DNA from: an uncultured Acidobacteriota bacterium
GTDB taxonomy: Bacteria > Acidobacteriota > UBA6911 > RPQK01 > JAPXNP01
Assembly (NCBI GenBank): GCA_963777605.1
Contig: CAVZRV010000027.1
Span: 128,001-192,000, forward strand
Direction of reading: 5' to 3'
DNA: 64,000 nt
Below, piece by piece: positions 1 to 11,344 of the stretch (the stretch's first letter is position 1; each line of letters begins with the position of its first letter). The notes under the pieces are model-generated. The model searched no databases and was not told where the DNA came from. It saw only the letters and a program-made list of their open reading frames with translations. A program made the position numbers and the translations under genes.

Positions 1-949
1 TTTGGCTTCCCGGCGTTCCTCCACCGGGCTGCTCCAATTCCGCTCGGCCGCCGACGAGAATCTCTCCCGGCTGACACGAAGCCGAGTGCTCCAGCGTCTC
101 TTCCGGGGCCAGTGTCACCGAATCGGACTGGGACTCGCGGGTGACGATGGTGGGGCCTGCAGCCGCAGCCGATTGACTGGTGACCGCAACCGAAGTGAGT
201 TCTCCCGTTGACCGGTTCTGAACCAGGGAGGTCAGTGCAATCGGTAGAGGAGAAGCGGAAACTTTAACGATACCGGAGAATCCCGCCGCCTGCTGCCCAA
301 ACAGACGTGCCTCGTCAAGAAATGCTGCAACCTGGGAACCGGGTGCCAGATCAATCGAAACCGGCGAGAAAAGGCTGTTCCCAGTTGGAGTCAAAAGGGT
401 GATCGTCGCGGTCGTCGAGGTCTCACCATTTGGGTTCACGAGGGCAACGCCGCCGTTGTATTTGTCATCAACGAAAGAGAAGAAGCTCCCACTCGTGGTC
501 AGATCGCCCGGCAGAATCCCTACGCGCGGCAAGGAACGCCCCCCCACGACCAGGTCAAAGAACTCCGTCGCTTCAAACGGCATCGTTGAGTAAATGCTCG
601 CCCAACCGGTGGACAAAGGCTTACCAGGATCTCCAAACACGAACCTCGTGGACCCGTTGGGAGAAAGGTTGGCTCCGACTGAGTGCAGGGGCGTCGCGTC
701 GGCCGCGAAGATATTCACGCTGACCGTAGCGGAGTCGGTTTCACTCGGGTTATAGACCCACAGTGATGTCTCAGAGCCCTCGTTGACTGCAATCTGAGAA
801 AAATACCGCGTCGTCTGTGCGCGCACCCCGATCACGAGGCTCATGACGATTGCGAAGACGGCAAACACAGTGGCAGCGCTCCCTTTCCGCCTGATCTCGC
901 ACCTTGACAGAACGTCTTCAACTCCCTCGAGTTGGTCAAAACTTCCCAC
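1..949 (-). CDS. Secreted protein with two N-terminal copies of a recurring beta-rich module (3' end runs off the window; absent from the ORF track)
   Basis: Manual translation gives an open frame from GTG at 949, with GGAGG 6 nt upstream, to the window edge: MGSFDQ...RRKGSAATVFAVFAIVMSLVIGVRA|QTTRYFSQIAVNEGSETSLWVYNP...GGVALVNPNG...LAPGSQVAAFLDEARLFG...FSGIVKV. The N-terminus is signal-peptide-like. Confidence 0.8.
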   Translation of the reverse strand, partial: MGSFDQLEGVEDVLSRCEIRRKGSAATVFAVFAIVMSLVIGVRAQTTRYFSQIAVNEGSETSLWVYNPSETDSATVSVNIFAADATPLHSVGANLSPNGSTRFVFGDPGKPLSTGWASIYSTMPFEATEFFDLVVGGRSLPRVGILPGDLTTSGSFFSFVDDKYNGGVALVNPNGETSTTATITLLTPTGNSLFSPVSIDLAPGSQVAAFLDEARLFGQQAAGFSGIVKVSASPLPIALTSLVQNRSTGELTSVAVTSQSAAAAGPTIVTRESQSDSVTLAPEETLEHSASCQPGEILVGGRAELEQPGGGTPGSQ

Positions 950-1106
950 GAGAAACCTCCATTGCTCTTTGGACTGGATTGATGAGTCGGTTGGCGGTCA
1001 CCCAGCAGGAGAAGATCCGCCAATCCCCGGAGTGCCTGTTGAGAAGCATTCTAACCCATATGGACTCGCGAGCAGCGATGAGGCATGATCAGGCCCTGAA
1101 CCTCGA

Positions 1107-2090
1107 ATGCAGCGAAACTGTAGTTCCTCGAACCGGGCAGGTTATGATGTGCTCGTGTACTCTTTCCTGGTGACCTGTGCACTTGGCATTCTGGGATTCG
1201 CGGCAGCCGGGCATCCTCCGTCAGGAGGGCAGGCGGCCGTTCCATCCGCCCGTCAGAATATCCGTACAACTGCCGTGGAGACGTGGCGTCGATTGAGCAA
1301 CCCCAGTCAATGGAAGTTGATCGGGAGAACCAGGCTGGAATTCCGGACGTTTCACCCTCAGGGTCTCCTGAAGATCGGAGAACGATTCCTGCTGTCCTCG
1401 GTTGAAGTCTTCGGAGGGTCGGAACGGGCGGTTGAGTCGGAGTCAGGCACCCGGGCGGGGATTGGACATCTGTTCCTGTTCGACGGGCGAGGACGCCTCG
1501 TTCGGGATCTGAGGATAGGAACAGGAGACTGCTTCCATCCCGGAGGAATGGACTCCGACGGCAACGCCGCCTGGGTCCCGGTCGCTGAATATCGCCCCGA
1601 CAGCCGCTCGGTTGTCTATCGCCTGGACCTGGATTCGCTGGCTTTGGAAGAAGTCTTTCGAGTCGATGATCATATCGGCGGTCTCGTCATCGACACAGAC
1701 CGCGTCTATGGTCTCAGTTGGGGTTCGCGGAGGTTTTACACCTGGGACAGGACAGGCCATCTCCTTCACAAATCGAACGATCACTCTGGATATATCGAGT
1801 ACCAGGACTGTAAACACATTGCGCCCGGTCTCGCGGCCTGCGGTGGTCTGAACTCGTTTGAAGGGCCGCGCGGCAACCGTTTCACGCTTGGCGGGCTGGA
1901 AGTAGTCGACTTCGAATCGGGTGAATCCCTGGTTCAGATCCCGGTTCCGCTGTATGCAACCGACGGCTCCGTTATGACCCGTAACCCGTTCGACTATGAA
2001 CTGGCGAAGGATTCCATCCGACTCTACTTCGTTCCCGAGGACGACCGCTCGGTGCTCTATGAATGGGAAGCCCCTCTGGATAAGAGGTGA
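1107..2090 (+). CDS. Secreted conserved hypothetical protein, probable beta-propeller (DUF6454-like)
   Basis: 327-aa ORF with a hydrophobic leader and motifs FHPQGL, HPGGMD, WVPVAEYRP, DHIGG, WGSRRFY, YQDC. The true start may lie slightly downstream. Confidence 0.6.
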   Translation: MQRNCSSSNRAGYDVLVYSFLVTCALGILGFAAAGHPPSGGQAAVPSARQNIRTTAVETWRRLSNPSQWKLIGRTRLEFRTFHPQGLLKIGERFLLSSVEVFGGSERAVESESGTRAGIGHLFLFDGRGRLVRDLRIGTGDCFHPGGMDSDGNAAWVPVAEYRPDSRSVVYRLDLDSLALEEVFRVDDHIGGLVIDTDRVYGLSWGSRRFYTWDRTGHLLHKSNDHSGYIEYQDCKHIAPGLAACGGLNSFEGPRGNRFTLGGLEVVDFESGESLVQIPVPLYATDGSVMTRNPFDYELAKDSIRLYFVPEDDRSVLYEWEAPLDKR

Positions 2091-2242
2091 AGCGGCGTTG
2101 TAGAGTCTGGAGAGAATCGAAAGACAGCCGGCCTCTGTTTGGCCCGGGCCTGTCTGTCGGGTGACAGGTCCCTTCCACGGGAAGCGGAGAGGGCTCGCAA
2201 CGGGCTCGCCGGTTCTGCGGAGATCGATTTGAGGAGCAGAGA

Positions 2243-3715
2243 ATGACGCCGAGAACTCGTGCTTTTGAGCGCACGCTGGCAATAACGATCGCACTTTTGA
2301 CCACGGGCTTGTTCGCTGGCCCGGCGAACCCCGGCCCGGTACCGGCACACGTCCGCGGCCAGTCGAACAGCGACCGCCCGCCCAACATCGTGATTCTGCT
2401 GGTTGACGACCTGGGCTGGATCGATCTTGCGACCCAGGGCAGCGAGTTCTATCGGACGCCCCACATCGACCGGTTAGCCGACAACGGGATGCGCTTCACT
2501 TCCGCCTACGCGTCCTGTGCCGTCTGCTCTCCGACACGGGCGGCGATCCAGACCGGTCGATATCCCGCCCGCATCGGTGTCACGGACTGGATCCGGGCTC
2601 TCTTCCAGGGAGGCGAATCAGGTCATGTCGTCCCCACGGACTACGTGAGTAACGCGGACGAAAAACTTGAATGCCCGCCCAATCCCTTCGCCATGCCGCT
2701 TTCCGAAGTAACCCTTGCGGAAGCCCTCCGACCCGCAGGCTATGTATCGTGCCACATCGGCAAGTGGCACCTCGGGACGACCGACTTCTGGCCCACCGGG
2801 CAGGGTTACGACGTCAACATCGCCGGTTGCGACTACGGCCAACCGCCCAGCTACTTCGATCCCTACGTTCGCGGAAATCAGAAGGGATTCCCCACGATGA
2901 AGCCGCGTCGCGAAGGGGAATACCTGACCGACCGGCTGAGCGACGAGGCGGTGAAATTCATCCGGGAGAACCGGGACCGGCCGTTCTTCCTGAACATGGA
3001 CTACTACGCGGTCCACACCCCTTTGATGGGCAAGCCGGAGTTGATCGATCAATACGAGGGCAAGAGCTGGAAAGAACAGGACAACGCGGTCTATGGCGCC
3101 ATGATCCAGGCCGTTGACGATGCCACAGGGAAGATCCTGCGGGCCCTCGACGAGGCCGGAGTGGCGGACCGCACGCTGGTCATCTTCACCTCGGACAACG
3201 GGGGCCTCCTCGGATCCACTTCAAACCTTCCTCTCCGAGCCGGGAAAGGGTGGCCGTACGAAGGCGGCATACGAATTCCATTGATTGTCCGGTGGCCCGG
3301 AGTCGTCAACCAAGGGATCGTCTGCCCTCAGCCGGTCAGCTCGATCGACCTGTTCCCGACGATCCTCGAAGCAGTTGGCATCGCCAAACCGGCGGGCCGG
3401 GCCATCGACGGGGTATCATTGGTGGACCTGCTTCGTTCCGGTGGTCGGACTCAGCTGCCGGCACGGCAACTCTTCTGGCATTTTCCTCATTACCGAAGCC
3501 AGGAGATCGGTCCCTACTCCATCATCCGGGACGGCAGGTGGAAACTGATCAAGTGGTACGAAGGCCCCCGGCTGGAGCTGTACGACCTGGACGCGGACCT
3601 CGGAGAAGAACATGACCTGGCGGCTGAAATGCCGGACAGGGTCCGCCAGCTCGACGCCCGCATGACTGCCGAACTGGAGTCGGAGGGTGCCAGATTCCCC
3701 AGGCCGAAGCGGTGA
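2243..3715 (+). CDS. Sulfatase (formylglycine-dependent, arylsulfatase A-like), secreted
   Basis: PNIVILLVDDLG, CSPTRAAIQTG (CxPxR), GKWHLG, FTSDNGG, YEGGIRIP; signal peptide. Confidence 0.95.
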   Translation: MTPRTRAFERTLAITIALLTTGLFAGPANPGPVPAHVRGQSNSDRPPNIVILLVDDLGWIDLATQGSEFYRTPHIDRLADNGMRFTSAYASCAVCSPTRAAIQTGRYPARIGVTDWIRALFQGGESGHVVPTDYVSNADEKLECPPNPFAMPLSEVTLAEALRPAGYVSCHIGKWHLGTTDFWPTGQGYDVNIAGCDYGQPPSYFDPYVRGNQKGFPTMKPRREGEYLTDRLSDEAVKFIRENRDRPFFLNMDYYAVHTPLMGKPELIDQYEGKSWKEQDNAVYGAMIQAVDDATGKILRALDEAGVADRTLVIFTSDNGGLLGSTSNLPLRAGKGWPYEGGIRIPLIVRWPGVVNQGIVCPQPVSSIDLFPTILEAVGIAKPAGRAIDGVSLVDLLRSGGRTQLPARQLFWHFPHYRSQEIGPYSIIRDGRWKLIKWYEGPRLELYDLDADLGEEHDLAAEMPDRVRQLDARMTAELESEGARFPRPKR

Positions 3716-3869
3716 GCCAATCTGGAAAGCCTGGAGAACCTACGGAAGGGTATGGCTATGGGAAGGCCGGATGGACTGGGGTGTTGCAAAGGCGCAGCGC
3801 GTCGCCCGAGGCAGGAAAAATCTCACCAGTGGTTCTACGACCAGGCGTTTTTGACGTTCGTTAGACTGG

Positions 3870-6800
3870 CTACCGGTTCCCGATGCCGGTGATGAAATCC
3901 TCGAGCGATCCGGCGTGGTTGATGATCGGAATCGCAAAACCCCGCTTCTTCCAGGGACCGGCGAGGTCCTGACTGGCGGGAATCCGTCGGGACACCGCGA
4001 AGTCGATATTGCGGGTCGTCTGGTTGGCGGTCACTCCCACATTCACCGAATCGCCGAAGACCGGGTAGAACCCACAAAACTCACCCTCCTCGCAGATGTA
4101 GCCATCTCCGTCGTCATCGCTTCCGGCAGCGACGAGGCAGGTGCCAATATCCATCGCCGGGAGCACATATCGATATTGTCCCTGCTCGTTTGCCTCGGCC
4201 CCGCTGATTGAATCGAGGTTGACCGGGTCCAGTGCAAGCACATAAAGGGTCCCCGTCTGAGGATCTGGCTGAGCCCCGACTACCATTCGAACCTCGATCG
4301 TCCCGTTACCGCCGTTTGAACTTACCCGCACTCTCCCTGAATAGGTTCCGTTTGACAGGCCATCCCTGCGGACTTGAACGACCACGGTCCGGTCGTTCAG
4401 CCTGGCGGTCAGCCAATCCTGTCCCGAATCGACCTCCATGGTCGGGGAATTGACGGTCAACTGGCCACCGCCTCCGTTGGAAACAGTCACTGTCAGCTGC
4501 GATTCCGCCGTTCCAAAATCGAGACTGGTCTGGGAGAGCAGGAGTTTCGGCTGTGTAGGTCCGGTTCCACCCGCAGCCCGCACTGCCGCGACCGGATTGA
4601 TCAGACCGTAGCCGTAAGTATCGTCTTTTCCGGTAGTTCCCAGATCAACGGCGGTTTGCTGAAGGATTGAACGAACCTGGGCAGGGGTCAGGGACGGGTT
4701 GACCGAGAGCATCAGCGAGACAACCCCGGCAACATGCGGAGAGGCCATCGAGGTTCCCTGGTAAAACACGTAGCTGGGCTGGTTGGTCTCGCTGTTCCAG
4801 ATCGTGCTGAGCACGCCGTCAGCCTTGGAATCCCCGTTGAGATCGGCCTCCACATTCCCGCCCGGGGCGACGACGTCGATCCGCGGCCCATAGTTGGAGT
4901 AGGGTGCCTTGCTGCCCGAAAGGTCGATCGCTCCGACCGAAATAACGCCGTCATAACCGGCAGGGTAGTGAGGAGTATCCGTGTTCGAGTTGCCGGCAGC
5001 GGCGACGATCACCACATTCTCGGCCAGGAGGGCGTTGACGGTTTCCTGAAACGCCGGATTGTAGGCGGCTCCCCCAAGGCTCATATTGATGACATTGGCC
5101 TTCCTCGCCGGTAACTTGCCGGAAGAATTCGGCAGGCGCGCCGCGAATTTCAAGGCTTGCATGATGTCCCAGTCCTGTCCGCCGCCAACGCCGAGGACTC
5201 GCAGGGTCATCAGGGGGGACACCCAGTTCACACCGGCGACACCGAGACCGTTGTTGGTCACCGCACCGATCGTTCCCGCGACGTGCGTGCCGTGGAAACT
5301 GCTCTTGGTCCCGCCCGGGTCATCTCCCGGGTCCTGGGCCGAAGGATCGATTCCGTCTCCATCGGCTGCGACCTGAGGGTCGCTGATGAAGTCAAATTGC
5401 CCCGCTGTCAACCGCCCCCCCAAATCCGGATGGTCGAACCGGGCTCCCGTGTCCACAATCGCCACCACAACGTTCTGAGAACCCTTGGTCACGTCCCAGA
5501 CTTCAGGGAGATGGATCTGCGAATAGTGCCACTGGTAGTGGTAGTGGGTGTCGTTGGGGACAGCGTCGACGTGCCGGATGTAATTGGGGACGGCATAGAG
5601 GACTTCAGGCCGGCTGTTGAGGTATTCGATGTAATCCAGCGTAGCCAGCCTGGGAGCCTGGGCCCCTTCGCCCGCCATTCCTGCCGGAGACGTGCTGCCC
5701 GCCACCACGGCACTCCGGATCAAGACCGTGGCGTCGCCACCCGTCACTACCGCCGGACGGGTTCCGGCGGGGACAATGTCTTGAATCGACGACACCAGAG
5801 AGGCGTCCTGCAGGCGAACGATGGCATCTCCAACCACGAACTCGTCATCAACGCTGAGCCGAATTCCTCGGGACCGGCTGAAAGGAAAACGATCGAGCGG
5901 ATCCTGAGACTGGATCGCAGCGGCGCCGACGGCCGAAGGCGCCAGGCGTCCCGAAATCAGCCCTTTTCCGCGCTGCGGGGGAACAGCCGCAAGGGACTGC
6001 AACTTGCCCCCTGCAAGGTAGCTGAACAATTCGAAAGTCAGAATTCCCACGTCGGACTTGACCCTGATAAATCCGCCTACTTGCGGGTCGAGGCCCTCTA
6101 CCAGTTCCGTCAGGAGTCGAGGACGATGTTCGAAAGGCTGCAGGTTGAACTGGGTTGAACCCGTCTGCTGCCCGGTCTTGCCGAATACCTGGAGGGTCAC
6201 ATGGGCCGCGTCCCGGGCAGTGTTCAGAAATGTGAGGCCGGTCAGATACCCGAGGCCGTCGGCCACGTGCGAGAAGACGGCATCAGTGATCGGGACATGC
6301 TGGAGCTGAACCGACGACAGAAACGCGTTGTTTGGGTCGCCAAAGCTCAGGTCACCCACAATTCCCAGGACATCCGAATCGACCCTGAGCCAGCCCACGA
6401 AGTCCCCTGCCGGCAACTGCAACAGGGACCGGGCATCCTCATGGACAATACCTCCGGACTCCAGGACCAACTGGCGAGTTGCGGCCGGAGTCCCGTTGGA
6501 AACGCCGGTAGCGTATGCCTTCAACGTCAACTCCGCCGCACTGTCGGTTGGATTAATGATGGTGACGGTCGTCCGTATTGCCGCGTTGTCGGCAAGCTGA
6601 GCTCCGAACAGACTCTGGGTCCCGCTCAATGCCGTACTGCGGACGGGAATCCCGTTGCGACCGCTGATCGCGGTGCCGGAGCCAAAGGTCTCATACCCGT
6701 AAACCGCGCTCGTCCGCCCCGAAACCCGGACGTAGCTGCCGCAGGGCGCCTGCCGCCCGAACAACTGGTTCACGGTGAAGACTCTGCTCCCGGGCTGATC

Positions 6801-8148
6801 GGCCGGAAGGTGCAGAACCCGGCTCGCGAGCAGGCCTTCCGCAGCGGAATGCAGTTCGGCGTCCACGTCGCCCGACCCGATCACGGTGATCTCGGTAAAC
6901 TCCCCGCTGCCGCACAGGATCTCGGGGAAGACCAGCGAGGAAGTCCCCAGCAGGGAGATGGCCTCGGCACCGTCGATGCCCGAAATGTCCGAGGTGTACG
7001 ACAGGAAGAAGCCAACCAGGCCCAAATTGTCGCTCGACGCCAGCACCCAGTCACTGGAACTCGCGAACGATGCGCCGAATAGCTCCGGAACCGTCCGGGC
7101 CAATTGCCCTCCCGGGGGAATGGTGATCACCGCCGGGTTGGTAATTCCAGCTCCGGAGCGGGCGTTTCCAGCCTGATCGAGCAAAAGCATGGTGACATCC
7201 GCCGGCGATCCGGTGGGATTGGCGATCGCCAGTCCCGTCCCTTTGAACTGGTCACTCTGGACCCGGGGAAAGATCAATAGGATCGTGCCTTCGCTGGGGG
7301 GGTCGACAACCTGGATCTGGCGGGTGAACCGGTTGTCGGCTTCGTTTGACTCGGTAACCGCTCCCCCGGAATCAATGACCAGTTCCAGTTTGTGGTTGCC
7401 GACCGAGAGAGAACCCAGGGCGTAGTCTTCAACGAAGATAAAGTAATTCACCTCGTGGGGCGGATTGACTGACCAGTGATCCTTCTGCGTCCCATCGACC
7501 AGCAGAGAGACGTTGTAGCTCTGCGAAACGTCCTTCTCGCCGTCGTTCAATACTGCCCAGTCGATGAAGATGGAATCTGCCGAGGAAATGGTCTGCGCAT
7601 CCGAATGGCTGTTTTGGTCGGTCGAAACGACCATTGCAGAATCCCACCCGGAAGGCTGGTAGGGCTTCAGATTGGGAGCGGATGCTTGTTGCCCCGAAAT
7701 GACGATCGTCTTGGTGTAGACATTGTCATACTCGTTGCTCTCGTAAATGTCGTCGTAGTAGTCGACGTCGAGCTCCAGCGTGTAGGTGCCGGGGGAAAGC
7801 GGGCCAAAGGTCACGTCCTCGTCAAAGTAATAATCCCAGGCCTCGTGCGGAGGTTCGATGGTCCAAGACTGCACCAGTTCATCGTCCAGCCACAGGGCAA
7901 CGGTGTACGAGAAGTAGGTATCCACATCGCCGGCGTTAGCGACCGCAACGTCGATGAAGAGGGTGTCGGTCGAAAGCAACGGACTGCTGTCCGTGTTCGT
8001 GCCCGGCAGGTTGGAAACCACAATCGGAGCGGACCAGCCGTCGGGCTGGTAGGGGACCAGATTCGGCAACCCCTGCGCATTCAGAGTAAAGAACGCAGAC
8101 GACCAAGACCAAGGTGATCCCAGAAAGGAATACACGGATGCGAAACAT
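3870..8148 (-). CDS. Large secreted S8 (subtilisin-like) serine peptidase with two CARDB-like domains, internal repeats and a C-terminal Ig/BACON-like region; frameshift near 8090
   Basis: Catalytic triad motifs VAIVDTG, FHGTHVAG, QGTSMASPHVAG; CARDB-like ESNEYDN and ESNEADN. The real start is probably ATG at 8148 (GGAGG upstream; MFRIRVFLSGITLVLVVCVL signal), which lies in another frame from the 3870..8162 ORF. Confidence 0.9.
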
Positions 8149-8219
8149 GGAAGCCTCCCCAAGGGCCCCGGCAGGGTCCACGCAGGAGATCACGCAAAGC
8201 GCCGGCGCCGGACAGCCCC

Positions 8220-8248
8220 TAGATACTGCGAGTTGACTCGAGTGTCAA
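8220..8248 (-). promoter_or_regulatory. Probable sigma70 promoter for the S8 peptidase
   Basis: Minus strand reads TTGACA-17 nt-TATCTA about 70 nt upstream of the ATG at 8148. The -35 box lies within a TTGAC-N6-GTCAA inverted repeat. Confidence 0.55.
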
Positions 8249-8261
8249 GCACAGATGCGAG

Positions 8262-8378
8262 TGATAGGACAATTGGGAATAAGACTGTGGGAATCGGACT
8301 TATCGGACGTGCAGGACGTATGTGACCCGTTGAATCACGGGTCCCACAGGTCCCATTAGTCGCATCAGTCCCACGGTC
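8262..8378. repeat. Degenerate 9-nt tandem units arranged as an inverted pair
   Basis: The right arm reads GTCCCACAG GTCCCATTA GTCGCATCA GTCCCACGG. The left arm has complementary GGAC/GGGA units at about 9-nt spacing (tcggact tatcggacgt gcaggacgta tgtgac). Confidence 0.5.
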
Positions 8379-8381
8379 TCT

Positions 8382-10612
8382 TCAGAACCTCAGGTTATAG
8401 GTCCACTTCACCAGCAGGATCCGGTCGCGGGGCGCCAACTGGGGCGAGTCGAAGCGGTCCTGGATCTCGTTATAGACGATATAGAGATCGCTTCCGGGCC
8501 GGTATTCCCAGCCCATCAGGAAATTCGCCGAGAACCGGTCCTCCAGGTTGTTCCACTGGAGATAGGATTTGACAAAGAGATCGGTGGTGAAGGCGTAGAG
8601 GATGCGGTTGCTCAGCGTCGTCGTGTTGAAATCCGACTGGGGGTGGTTGATGGTGTTGTAAGTGTAGATGAAATCAACCGACAGGTTGGCGGTCGGGTGG
8701 AAGTTGTTGGAAAAGAGCAACTGCTTCCGCTTGCCGGTCCAGTAGTTCATGTCGCTGTAGTCGACCACGAACGAGAGCGGTCGGCTCGCGTTGGTCTGGA
8801 ATTTGATGTTGTGACTCCGGTTCTCATAGTCGCCAGGGCCGATCGTAATCGGACCTACGCTGAACGGATCGTAGATCCGTTCCCGCGCCGGACCATAGGT
8901 GTACGTGGCGATATCATTCGACTCCAGTGTCAGCTTGACTCCGGCCGTGCCGCGGCGCCCATAAAAATCCTGGTTGTAGCGGGTTTCGTAGATGAATGAA
9001 CCGAAATACTGGATATTCCGGATCCCCTTTCGGTTGATCCATTGAGTGTAGTCAGCAATCAGGGAAGTACCCTTCAAATCGTTTTGACGGACAAATCCCA
9101 TCTCAGGCACAAAATCCGGTCCAATAGCGTAGTAGCCCAGGTTGGCCGTAATGTCCTGCTGCGAAAACAGCAGTCGTCCCACTCCGAGAATGTCCCCCTC
9201 GACGCCGGAGGGATTAAATGTCTTGGCAAACAGTGCTTCTCCCTTGAGTGCCGGACTGAACCAGAAATTGCCGTCGAAGCCCAGTAACCGACTGAAATCC
9301 GAATTGCTCGACTGGTTATTGGTGAGGATCGCCCCGATACTGCTGTTCGTCAAGATGTCCCGTTTCACTCGCGCAACGGTGTAGTTGGTTGACGGTTCGT
9401 AATAGCTGGTGCCGTCGGGAAGGGTCAAGTCGGACGCTCTCGGTCTGGACGTTCATCACTCCGAGAGAATAGGGGCCGGCCCTCCCGGACAGCTTCCCGG
9501 CTGCCAGAATCGGGACTTCCTGCCCCTGCGAAAGCCCTATTCGGCGGCTGTAGAACATCATCGCCTCTTCCTCGTATCCCACATTGAACAGCCCGGCATT
9601 TTCCAGAAAGAACTCTCGCTTTTCAGGGAAGAACAAAGGGAACCGGGTGAAATTGATGACTTCCTGATCGGCCTCCACCTGGGCGAAGTCGGTTCGAATC
9701 GAGAGGTCCCCGCGCAGGTTTGGCGTGAAATCATAGTGACGTCTCCGCCCGACGTTGGATTTCCGATTCCGACGAATCGGGCCGGTAACGCTTTTCGCCG
9801 CCGGCCAGCACGTACGGTTCAACCTCCCACTTGGCATAGGCCTCACTCGTACGGATTCCGACCAGTTGCCCGAAGAACTCTCCTCGCCAGGTGCCGTGAT
9901 GGCCCAGATCCCGCGGGATCGGAGCCCAGTAAACCGATTCCTGTTTCCGACGAATCGCCCGGCTGATGTTGAATCCCCAGGTCATGGGTTGCTGGCCCCC
10001 GAAACGAAGCGTCGAAAAGGGAATGCGATATTCGGCTGTCCATCCGTCATCGGTGATCCGGGCCTTGGCCTGCCAGATTCCGTTCCAGGCGGTGTTGTAG
10101 GAACGGGCATCGGTAACGATTCCATCCCGACGGGTGCCCAGGGCATTAGTCGAAAAATAGTAGAAGTTCCTGTGATCGTGGTAGGTATCGAGATAGAGCC
10201 CGACGTAATCGTCGTTGGACAGAGGGGCATCGCGACGCATGTCCATGGTCACGATTCCCGAAGGATTCGAATCGTGGCAGATTATCCCGAAGTAAAGGGC
10301 CTCCTCATCCTGGACAACTCGGACTTCCGTCTCTTCCGTGGCCGGTTCCCGATCAAGCGGGTCCCTCTGCCAGAACTTGGTCGCAGCTTCTGCGTTCTTC
10401 CAGATCGGCTCGTCGAGAACGCCGTCCACCTTGATGGTCTGTCCCCCGGGTATGACGTGGAGCACCAGTTCGTCGGGTGTCGGAAGATCGCTCCGGTCCT
10501 GCTCAGCGGAACCGCCAAAGAGTGGCAGCGACGCCATCGTCAGTAGTACCAGCCAAAAGAGCGCACTGTGAATGGAGGACGTTTCTTGTTTTGTCGGGAA
10601 GGCCAAGTTCAT
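8382..10612 (-). CDS. CBM9-like domain plus DUF5916 outer-membrane beta-barrel protein, split over three frames
   Basis: The N-terminal part has VDGVLDEPIW, EVRVVQDEEALYFGI, GWTAEYRIPFSTLRF. The middle frame has DFAQVEAD...RFPLFFPEKREFFLEN...FYSRRIG. The C-terminus ends in barrel-type VKWTYNLRF. Frame switches occur near 9745 and 9425. Confidence 0.85.
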
Positions 10613-10823
10613 CTACGAGGTGCTCCGATTGCATGAGGGCTTCAGCATTAGTCAGCAGTCATCAGCAAGAGGTGTCCCGAGCCACAAATTGGCATGCACC
10701 TGCGGATTCCTGGCTCAGGGCACCCGCCATAATCTCACCATTGGCGCTTGCTTTAAAGTCTCGCCAGCCGGGAGAGGCTGTCCCAGAATTCTCGGTCGCT
10801 TCCTAAGCGGTAAGGATGGCAGC

Positions 10824-11313
10824 TCAGTAAAGCCGTTCCGGATTGGCAGCGCCCCACTGGCAGAAGAGTTGATCGACTTCGGACCGTAAAACCCCGGAGA
10901 CAATTCTCACCGGGGAGCCGCCGATCTCCTTCATCTGCTCGTTGGATATGGTCAGTTCGGAGAATCCCAACTTTCTTGCATCCGCTATGAAATTCCCGAA
11001 CACGATCCGATCGATCTTCGCCCAGTGAATTGCGGCAAAACACATGGGGCAAGGTTCGGTCGTGCGAGTAGATCGTGGAGCCTGTGAGGTCGATCGTTCG
11101 AAGCTTCCGTTCCGCCACACGGATCGCGTGGACTTCCGCGTGAAGCGTCGAGTCGGTCTCCCTCCATACCGCGTTGTGCTCGCAAGCGACCACCACCCCA
11201 TCCTTGACGATACAGGCCGCGAACGGCGCCTGCCCGTTCGCACCACCCTCGCGCGCTTTTTCGAGTGCCATCCGCATGAAGTCTTCATCGCGAAACACGG
11301 CCATTTCTTTCAT
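10824..11313 (-). CDS. Zn-dependent nucleoside/nucleobase deaminase (guanine deaminase/TadA-like); frameshift near 11065
   Basis: PFAACIV...LHAEVHAIR is in one frame and EPCPMCFAAIHWA is in the next, together forming the HAE...PCxxC motif. Confidence 0.85.
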
Positions 11314-11344
11314 ATTCCTGCTCCGCTGAGTTAAAAGCACAGCT

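Noticed and set aside
8262-8378. CRISPR array or IS end
   Set aside because: The units are 9 nt and degenerate with no spacers, and there is no cas or transposase gene in the window.
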